Notes under the pieces: model-generated
What the model was told of the DNA's origin: nothing
The model's input: only the letters and a program-made list of their open reading frames with translations
Database searches by the model: none
Virus record (IMG/VR): IMGVR_UViG_2706795377_000001
Coordinates: 1 to 52,359 of that record
From: a virus
Taxonomy: Duplodnaviria > Heunggongvirae > Uroviricota > Caudoviricetes
Length of the DNA: 52,359 nt
Strand: one strand, 5' to 3'
Part shown: piece by piece, positions 26,342 through 35,700 of the stretch
Layout: each line of letters opens with the position of its first letter
Position numbering within the stretch: the stretch's first letter is position 1
Made by a program: the position numbers and the translations under genes

Positions 26342-27097
26342 ATGCCACGTTTTGGTGTGAAAGAAGTTGCAGATGTAACTTTTTACAATCTGCTTACTGG
26401 CAAGCCTGAGTTGTTCTTGGACACTCTTAAACTTTCTAACCTCGAAAGTAATGCTGAAACTGTTTATGCGAATGGTGGTAAAGGCGCACCTCGTCTAGTA
26501 GGTTGGGATTATGGACGCACAGCCACCTTCAATGTGCAAGAGGCTTTACTGAATCCGAAAGCTATTGCAATGCAAACTGGTACACAATTAGAGAAAAAAG
26601 TCGAAAAAATTTACAAGCGTGAGTTTTTAGTTTCTGTAGACGATGGCTCTAATAACAGCAAGATTACTCTGGAACAAGCTCCTCTTGCTGGAAGTATTAC
26701 TGTATATGAAACATCTGATGGTTATGGTCATGACAAAGAGGTTGCTACTGCATCTATTACTGTTTCTGGTAAAGCTATCACCATCCCTTCTGCATCTCTT
26801 GCAGTTGGCAAACAAGTAATTGTTTATTATCAGTATGAGACTACTTCTGATGTTGAAGTATTGAAAATTCAATCTGACAAATATTCTGGTTTCTACCGAA
26901 TTGTTGGTGACACTTTCTGGCGCAATCAAGCTACACTTTCTGATGAGAAGGTGCAAATTGTCATTCCAAAAGCTAAAATCATGTCACAGTTCACATTGAC
27001 AATGCAACCTGATGGTGAACCATCAGTATTTGACTTCAATCTTGATGTCTTTAAGGATACTAACACAACTGACATGGTTAAGATTGTTCGCTACTAA
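26342..27097 (+). CDS. Major tail tube protein
   Basis: GVKEVADVTF...ANGGKGAPRLVGWD...FTLTMQPDGEPSVFDF; strong RBS. Confidence 0.85.
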   Translation: MPRFGVKEVADVTFYNLLTGKPELFLDTLKLSNLESNAETVYANGGKGAPRLVGWDYGRTATFNVQEALLNPKAIAMQTGTQLEKKVEKIYKREFLVSVDDGSNNSKITLEQAPLAGSITVYETSDGYGHDKEVATASITVSGKAITIPSASLAVGKQVIVYYQYETTSDVEVLKIQSDKYSGFYRIVGDTFWRNQATLSDEKVQIVIPKAKIMSQFTLTMQPDGEPSVFDFNLDVFKDTNTTDMVKIVRY

Positions 27098-27140
27098 TCG
27101 TTTGCACAAACGACGAAAAAAGTAGTGCTTAAATTACTTT

Positions 27141-27179
27141 ATGGTGAAAGGGATTAAATTCTCTTTCACCATTTTTTTT
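27141..27179 (+). terminator. Intrinsic terminator
   Basis: ATGGTGAAAG...CTTTCACCAT plus T-run. Confidence 0.85.
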
Positions 27180-27234
27180 ATGCTTTCTCAATAAAATATT
27201 TATTTCATCTTTTAGAACAAAGGGAGGAATTGCT

Positions 27235-27735
27235 ATGCCAGAAACAATGCAGATGCTTAACATGGAATTGATTGAACAGGCTAGTGATAAATATGCAAAC
27301 ATCAGAAATGTTGTAATACAAGTCGAAATGGATGGTCAGGTTCGTCCATTCATCGTTGAGATGTACAAACATTTTAGCCCTGTAAGCATTAAAAATTGTG
27401 TAAAAGAATTTGTAGACAAGATGGATATGGTAAGAGCGCGAGACAAAGATGGTTTTGGTGATATTATGATGCCATACCTGACGTTTTTGATGATTCGTCA
27501 CTTTACTACATTGTCATTTCCACATACATTCGCTAAACAGTTAAAGGCAATTGAACATATGTTAAATACTGGAATTATGTTTCAAATATTGATGCACTTC
27601 GAAGACAAAGAAGTAAAGAAAGTTCGTGATGAATTGGACTTTATTCTTGAAAACTTCGATAGTAAACTTCCTGAGATTGAATCCTTAAAAAAACAAATCA
27701 AAGAAAAACTTACTGATAAGACATTGGTCGATTGA
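27235..27735 (+). CDS. Putative tail assembly chaperone
   Basis: Helical protein directly after the tube gene. Confidence 0.55.
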   Translation: MPETMQMLNMELIEQASDKYANIRNVVIQVEMDGQVRPFIVEMYKHFSPVSIKNCVKEFVDKMDMVRARDKDGFGDIMMPYLTFLMIRHFTTLSFPHTFAKQLKAIEHMLNTGIMFQILMHFEDKEVKKVRDELDFILENFDSKLPEIESLKKQIKEKLTDKTLVD

Positions 27736-27736
27736 T

Positions 27737-28234
27737 ATGGCATTCAAGAATTTCGCAAACCTAAAAAAATCTATATTGGAAAAGGCAAAAGAAGGTGTGA
27801 ATAAGGCTGTCTTGCCAGAAGTACAAGAGAAAATGCAAAAATCTATTAAAAAAGTTGTATATGATGCCTATAATCCAATAGAGTATCACAATAGGCGAAT
27901 GTTTAACAATGGAGGTTTGGGTGACAAATCTAAAATCAAAGGAAGGATTGTTAATGACAGGGGAAATGGATTTGTTTTTAGTATTCGAAATGAAGCGAAA
28001 GCTAAAAATCAGAATGGTGAACTTACACCACTCATTGTTAAAGGTCAAGCATGGGCTTTAGAGGCAGAATATCAGGTTTATCACCATAAGTTAGCCAGCT
28101 ACGACAAAATGCTTTTGTACAATAAAACAGGTTTTACTCCATATTTCGAGCCAAGAGATTTCATTTCTCATACTAAAAAAAATCTTAACAAGAGAGAACT
28201 GGCAAAGAAGCTAGACTCTTACATGAATAAATAG
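27737..28234 (+). CDS. Phage protein (neck/tail completion-like)
   Basis: Basic protein, KKVVYDAYNP...RR motif; position in module. Confidence 0.5.
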   Translation: MAFKNFANLKKSILEKAKEGVNKAVLPEVQEKMQKSIKKVVYDAYNPIEYHNRRMFNNGGLGDKSKIKGRIVNDRGNGFVFSIRNEAKAKNQNGELTPLIVKGQAWALEAEYQVYHHKLASYDKMLLYNKTGFTPYFEPRDFISHTKKNLNKRELAKKLDSYMNK

Positions 28235-28246
28235 GCGGTGAAAGAT

Positions 28247-29248
28247 ATGGAGAAGAGGAAATATATCCGATACGTTACCAAAGAAAAGCTTAATAAAGTA
28301 CTAGAAACCAATAAAGTTCACATACAGAAGTATTTTAATTACAAAAATATGAATTTGAGTGAATCTTCAAAAGCTAGTTATGAATCAGACTTCAATCAGT
28401 GGTTGGTGTTTATTAATGAGAGATACAACAAGGGAGGCATACCTATAGAGGATATTTTGAAAATCCTCAAAGATGAAGATGGAATTGAGGACATGGTTGA
28501 CCTAATTGAAGACTACATGGCTTTCTGTGTCACATTTCTCGGAAATAATGAGCGCAGGATTCAAAGAAGGCTCAGTTCAATTTCTTCATTCTTCATCTAC
28601 CTACTGAAGAAACGTAGGATTAAAGCCAATCCTTTGGACTACATTGAGCGTCCTTCTGTAAGGGCAGGAGAGAAGCCACAGGTCAAACAAACCTTTCTCA
28701 CAGAGCAACAGGTAGACCAAATTAGAAAGCAATTAAAAAAAGTTGGAAACATTCAATTAGAATTATATTTTGAACTATCTCTCTCAACAATGTTGAGAGT
28801 CAATGCTGTTTGCAACATTAAAGTGGAACAGATTGACTTTGAAGATGGAATGGTTACAGGCGTTAAAGAGAAAGAGGGTTACGTTGTCGATGGATACTGT
28901 TCGGATTTGACGATGAAGTTAATCAAAAAATGGCTTGATTATCGTAAGGAGAATGGTATCGAGTGTGAATATCTATTTGTAACCAAATATAATGGTGAAT
29001 GGAAACAAGCCAGTAAAAACACGATGCAAACAGTTTGGACGAAGAAAATTGGAAAGTTGATTGATATACCAGAACTTCATCCCCACGATTTCAGGCATAG
29101 TGGAAGCTCTTTATTGTTTAACAAAGGAATGGCTTTAGAAGATATACAAGACTTGCTTAATCATAGAAGCCCTGATACGACATTGAAACACTATATCCAG
29201 CGCGACAAGAAAAAGTTACAGGATGCTAAGAAAAAATTTGAGTTGTAA
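28247..29248 (+). CDS. Tyrosine recombinase with intact catalytic set (position of SPbeta yomM)
   Basis: LRVNAV (R), KEKEG (K), HPHDFRHSG (HxxR), LLNH, TLKHY. Confidence 0.92.
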   Translation: MEKRKYIRYVTKEKLNKVLETNKVHIQKYFNYKNMNLSESSKASYESDFNQWLVFINERYNKGGIPIEDILKILKDEDGIEDMVDLIEDYMAFCVTFLGNNERRIQRRLSSISSFFIYLLKKRRIKANPLDYIERPSVRAGEKPQVKQTFLTEQQVDQIRKQLKKVGNIQLELYFELSLSTMLRVNAVCNIKVEQIDFEDGMVTGVKEKEGYVVDGYCSDLTMKLIKKWLDYRKENGIECEYLFVTKYNGEWKQASKNTMQTVWTKKIGKLIDIPELHPHDFRHSGSSLLFNKGMALEDIQDLLNHRSPDTTLKHYIQRDKKKLQDAKKKFEL

Positions 29249-29268
29249 GAGATAAAGGAGAGATGTTT

Positions 29269-29691
29269 ATGAGAATCAAAAACGGCGACCTTGAAGATTT
29301 TGCTAAATTCCTTATGAGTTTTGAGTTAATTGGTAAAGAATCACGACTTCGCACGCGCCTTGTAAAGATTTTGATGGAGAAATTCAAGGCTGTCACAGAA
29401 GAACACAATGACCTCATTCGACAATTCGCTCGTTTCGATGAGGATGGAGAACCTTATATTATCGAGATTAATGGTCAACGTGCGTATGATGTTCCTGATA
29501 GACAGGCTTTCAATAGAGAATACTTCCTTTTGATGAATGAGGACACTATTATCGAAGAGAACGAAGAACGAAAGGAAATGCTACTCTTTATAAAAGAGTT
29601 AATTTTGAATTGTGATAAGACTTTTAAGGGTAAGGAAGCTTTCGAATATGACAGTTGGTGTGAAATTGTTGAAGGAATCAAATATGAATAA
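29269..29691 (+). CDS. DUF1617-like phage protein
   Basis: MRIKNGDL..FL..L.GKESRLRTRLVK pattern. Confidence 0.6.
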   Translation: MRIKNGDLEDFAKFLMSFELIGKESRLRTRLVKILMEKFKAVTEEHNDLIRQFARFDEDGEPYIIEINGQRAYDVPDRQAFNREYFLLMNEDTIIEENEERKEMLLFIKELILNCDKTFKGKEAFEYDSWCEIVEGIKYE

Positions 29692-29700
29692 TTTAACATA

Positions 29701-29728
29701 GGGAGTGCGCAAACACTCCTTTTTTTTG
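29701..29728 (+). terminator. Intrinsic terminator with an alternative RBS-pairing option
   Basis: GGAGTG-loop-CACTCC plus T8. Confidence 0.65.
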
Positions 29729-29762
29729 TTGTTCATCTGAATAAAAAGGAGTGTTTGTAAAA

Positions 29763-32700
29763 ATGGAAGACTTTAGTATTTTAATTGGTGTCGATATGAG
29801 TGACGCTGAATCAAAAATAGAATCCACAATTAAGAGCATCGGAACAAAATACCCCCTCAAACTTCAACTCGAAGTAAGCGATGGCGATTTGAAGAATATC
29901 CAGAAGCTTTTCAAGGTACTTGAACACATTGATGTTGATTTGGGTCTTGAAAAGGATTCCAAAATCCTCAAAGATATGAAGCAATCCATTGAAAAAATCA
30001 GTAAAACTGATATCTCTAATGTTGGCGATGAACTTACAGATAGCTTAAAAGAGGCTAATAAGCAATCAGATGCGCTCAATAAATCGTTTGATAATTTGAT
30101 GAAAAAGCGCGAAGCCAAAAATCCAAAGAAGAGTACTACGACTGAAAAAACAGGGAACAAGTTTGATAACATTACAGTAACAACTAACAATCAAACTGGA
30201 AAAGAAGAACTTCGTGAACATAATCGTGACTTTGCTGGATTGGCTGATTATCAAAGCAAAGCTATAGATAAGCTTTCTAGCTTTAAAAACATTGACACTA
30301 AAAAAGTTGAAGAATTACAGAATCGCATTCAAAAGCTAAATCAAATGTTAGAGTCAAAAGACCCTGCCTTTCAAGACGAATTGAAAGACATTCAAAAGCT
30401 TATTAAAAGTTACGATGCGCTTGAACGACAAGTTGTAGAAGAAAAGCAAACTCAAGTAAGACAAACAAAAGAAGCGATTATTTGGGAGAAGAAGCTTGCT
30501 GAAATTCGTCGTGAAGGGCTTTCTAATCCTGCATCTGTCAATGCTTTAAGCAGACGAGTTGATGCACTTAAAAATGGTAACTACAAAACTAATGATGATT
30601 TAGAAAAACACCTTCAAAACATTAATAAACAACACGCCAAAGTTATTGGGTCGAGAGACGAAAACAAATTTAGACGTAAAGCTGTTAATGAAGGCGAGAA
30701 GATGAAGAAGAAATTCGATGACAATATCGACGAAAGTCTCGTTGGCAGTAAGGATTTCGCTCAGATTCAACAAAATCTAAAAAAGATTTTTAGTGCAGAG
30801 ACAACAGTACAACTTGAAAATGCAATAAAACGCGCTATTGAGTTATATGATAAATTGCTTCAAAAACAAATTGATGTTGCTCGTCAAAACAAGATGACGA
30901 AAGGTTTAGATGAATGGTCTGTAAAGATAGATGAAATCAAATCTAAAGGTTTTGTTAATGAAAGCGATTTTAATGCTGTTCGTAGTATGATGGCGAAGCT
31001 CAATACAGAATCAAAAGAGTTTGAAGCTAATCTTAAACAAATTGAACAAGAGCTTAATAAAGTAAACTTCATCTCAAATCAACGTCAAGGGAAAAATGAA
31101 AAGATAAATGTCACAAAATATCAGAACAATAACAAAGCTGATGATATGTTGTCTAATGGTCTTGTTCCTGAGTCGATGATTAGTGATTTCAAAGCATTAA
31201 ACAACATGCTTGATTTTGCATCATCTAAAGAAGACGTCGCTATGATTAATAGAGAGTTGCAAAAACTTGTTCAATTAGAAGGACAGATTAAGAATGCTGG
31301 AAGAGAAGAAGCTAGAATTAGAGAGTTGATTGCCCAAGCACAAAGAGACTCTATAAAGGCGACTGATAAGTATTCAGACATTATTGATTCTGTTGTTCGG
31401 AAATCCAACGAGCAAATTGCTGATATTCAACGAAAAAACGAAGTTGAACAAGAAGCTACGAGAATCCTACAACAAATCAATGACCTAAAAAACAGAAGCA
31501 CACAAATTTCTTATGATGAACATAGAGCAATTCAGCAACAAATCGCAGAGCTAAAACGTTTACAACAGGCTCATAAAAATGTTGAAGCTGAAGAAGAAGC
31601 AAGGTTGAATAAAATTAAGCAAATTAATGAGAAGTTTGAAAGCGTAGATTATAGGTCTAAACGAGGATTTAAAGACGGAAGCCCTGAATATGATGAAATT
31701 AAAAGAGAGTCAAATAGAATCAGAGGCAGAAAAGACAATTTATCAAGTCTAAGTGGAGAAGATTTTAAACGTGAAGCGAAAGAGATTGAGGAAGAAATGA
31801 ATCGACTCAGTACTCGCGCAAGTAGACTTCGCGACCAAGAAAGAGATAGAAATGCTTCGTTCTTCGGTCAAATGCAGAATGCAATGAAGAAGGTTCCAAT
31901 TTGGGTTTCTGCAATGTCAATTTTCTATGGGGCATTATCGCAAGTTCAACAAGGTTTTAGATACCTTCTCGACGTTGACAAAGCAATGACAAACTTAACG
32001 AAAGTAACAGAAGTCAGTAAAGGTGAACTCGAAGAATTCAAAGCGACAGCCTCTCAAATGGGCAAAGAGCTTGGTGTACTTGCGTCAGAAGTTATTAAGG
32101 CTACTACAGAGTTCCAGAAGCTTGGATATAATTTGGAACAAGCATCTCAACTTGGTCAAAACAGTATCTTATATGCAAACGTAGGAGACATGGGAATCGA
32201 AGAGGCTAGTCAAGCCCTCGTTTCAACAATCAAAGGTTTTGGTGTCGAAGTTGACAAACAGGGAAATAACGTAAGAAAAATCGTTGATATGTTTAACGAA
32301 GTAGGCAATAACTTCGCTGTTAGCTCTGAGGGTATTGGTGAAGCCTTAAAGCGTTCATCTGCAACGTTAAAAGAAGCCGGAAACTCGATGGCTGAGTCCA
32401 TTGGTCTGGTAACAGCCGCGAACTCCACTATACAAGACCCTAAAATTGTAGGTACTGCTTTAAAAACAGTGTCGATGAGGTTGAGAGGCGTAGATGAAGA
32501 AGGTAAGGTTGTAGCAACCCTTATTCCAGAAATTCAGAAGACATTCGATAGGATTAATAGAGACCTTGGAAAAAATGAAGGAAATGGTTTAAATATTCTA
32601 AAGAATGGTGGCAAAGATTTTAAGTCAACATACGAAATCATGAAGGATATTCGTGATGTATGGGATGAATTAAGCGACATTGAGAGAGCGAACCTTGTTG

Positions 32701-35700
32701 AAGTTATGGGTGGTAAACATCAAGGTAACATTGTAGCTTCCATTATTTCAAACTGGAAAGATGCTGAAAACGCAACAAATACTGCTATCAATTCTGCTGG
32801 TTCTGCATCGCGAGAGTTTGAAGCTTATATGGAAAGTTTTGATTACAAAATTGGACAGCTTAAAAATGCTCTTGAATTATTCTGGACTACGCTTGTCGAT
32901 GACGATGGCGCAAAAAATCTAATTGATACTTTGACAGAAATCATTAACACCATGACTGAATTAGTTAAGGTAATGGGAGCAGAAGGCGTTCTTGGTGCTT
33001 TCTTCGGATTGCTAACACTGTTTAATAAAGGTGTACGTGATGCTCTTCTTTTGGGTGGTGCAGTCAAAGGGCTTGGTGGAGCTGTGAAAGGACTTGCCAC
33101 AACAGTAATGTCCTTCGGTAAGATGGCGTTACGATTTGCTGGATGGATTGGTTTACTTGTTGTGGTAGCAGAGGGTATTGGGAAAATAGTTGACATGAAG
33201 AACGAAGAAGCAAAAAAACGAAAAGAAAATTTGGATACCATACAAAAAGAGATAACAGAACTAGAAAACCTCAAAAAGTCTTATGAAAACTTTGATGATA
33301 AATTCAAAGGTGGTATTGATAGATACGCTCAACTTGAAAACATGGGAAATAATAAGACAAACGAAGAATATGCGGAATATATCAGGATGCAAGAGTATAT
33401 TAAAAATGAAATGCCACAAATGATATCTCATTACAATGAGTATGGTCAAGCCGTTTTAAAATCAGCAGACCAGATTAAAAATTTGCGCATAGAAAATGAA
33501 AAGCTACTTGCCTCCAAAAAACGTGATGAATTTAAGTTTGAAATGGAAGATGCAGATTTTGATGAGCTTGAAAAAAGAATGAAAGAGTATCAGGAACATA
33601 AAGACAGAGTGACTGCTTCTGAAACTTCTGCCAAAATTAGAGATATGGTTAAAGATTATGTCAAATCTGACCTAGAAGGTTTAGATAGAACATCAGAAGA
33701 ATATCGCCAAAAACTCATAACGTTAAATAAGATGATAGAAGAAGAAGTTGGGAAGTTGTCTGAAAATCAACAACGCTTAATTTCATTCGATATGAACTCT
33801 ATCGCCACAGCTTTAATGAATCACGGAGATACGAACGGTATTGTAAAAGAAATAGATTTCTTGGAAAAGTCTGTAGGAGACAGAACTAAACGAATGACTG
33901 AGGGAATGAAACAGTCTAAAGAAGAAGTCAGAAAAAGCATGACAGGCTTTAGCGACATGCTTCAAAAACAACTTGAAATTACCATGAGAGAAAAAGGTAT
34001 TGGAAGAAACGATAACAAATTTATATTTGCAGAAGAACTCAAAAAGTCGATTGAAAATAATTTTGTAGAGCTTGGTGGGGAAATTCCAGACATCATTAAT
34101 AATTTCGGTACAACATTCGATATAGCATTGAAAAACATGAAAAATAGTGGTGTTGACTTGACTAATATGTTTAAATTCGATGCCAATACTGCAAGCGCTA
34201 CTTTGAAGCAGATTGATGACGCAATAGAAAATCTCCAAAATAGTGGTTCTGCAAATGTTAACATTCTAATTCAAGTACTTGAAGTATTTAGGGCAAAACA
34301 TGCTGAACTTATCCAGCAAGTTAACAATAGTGTTCCACACTTTGATTGGGTTACAAACGTGTATCCAGTTGTAGATGGTTTTATTGGTGGAATAAAAGAT
34401 TTGGATAGTGCATATAGAAATCTTGCCGATGGTCAAGAGCTTTCTATTGCAAATACTATGGAGATTGTTGCGAAGTACCCTAAGCTCTTAAATTACCTCG
34501 AAAGCGAAAATGGAGCATTGAAACTCAATGCAAATGCTATCAAGGAAATGGCGAAGATTAAAGAGGAAGAATTTAAGAGAGATTTGCAAATGAAAAAAGA
34601 AGAAGCGATTAACGCTAAAAATAAAGCAGAAGCAGTAATTCAAGCTATTCTCTCAGAAGCAAAAGCCACACAACTTCTTGCAGACATTAAGGCTAAAGGT
34701 GCAAAACAAACTGCTGACCAATTGGAAAATTATCGTTTTATGGCTCGAAAAATGGGTGAAGATGACCTTGTTGATGAATATGCAAAACAAATTGATGCTG
34801 TACAAAAAACTGGGAAACAACTTGAAGAAGTTGCAAAGATTGATGAACAGATAGCGAATATTGAAAAGCTCTTGAACATGGATTGGACTTCTAAGCTTGG
34901 TAGCATCACAAGTAGTCCAAAGAAAAAAAAGAAAAAAGAACTTCAAGATGCAATCTATGTCACTGATGAATACAAGAAAAAAATGGATGAGCTTAATGCT
35001 TCTATCGCGGAACAGCAAAGACTCCAAAAACTAAATGCTCAGTACTCTGGTGCTTATAGATATGCTCTCAATGAAGAAATCAAATTGACTGACAAGAAAC
35101 GTCAAGCTATTGAGAAACAAATTACGGCTTTACAAAAGCAAGTTGACAATAAAAAGATTCAAAAAACAGGTTTAATTACTCTAAGCAAAGATGACAACAA
35201 GACAGCGAGAGCGAAACAAGCTGAAATTCAACAAGAAATTGACCAAACGATTGAAAAAGTCAATCAGCTCAAGCAAGAGTATATCTCTGTTGGAGAAACG
35301 ATTAACTCCTTACGTTGGTCTTTCCTTCAATCAAATGTTGAACTCTACAACATTCAAAGAGAAATGCTTACTGATGATATCTCATACCAAGAATATGCGA
35401 TGGAACTGTATGACGAATCCTCTGATAAATATAGAACTCATGCGCGAGAGAAATTGAAGTTTGTTAGAGAACAACAAGAGTGGAATAAACAAGAACTTGA
35501 TTACTTAGAACGCGAAAAGGCAATGAACTCTGCATTGACTGACCAACAAATCTCTGAGTTAAATCATCTTATTAGAGAAAAACGTAAAGCAATTTATGAG
35601 ATGGCTCAAACCATTGACGAAGTTGAGAATGCCATTATCAACTCTCACTTCGAAGAAAAGATGGCAGTATATGCTTCTGAAAGTAAAAAATATGCTGATG

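Noticed and set aside
27685-27715. A_AAA_AAA as a tail-chaperone -1 frameshift site
   Set aside because: The -1 frame hits TGA within a few codons, so no G-T type fusion results
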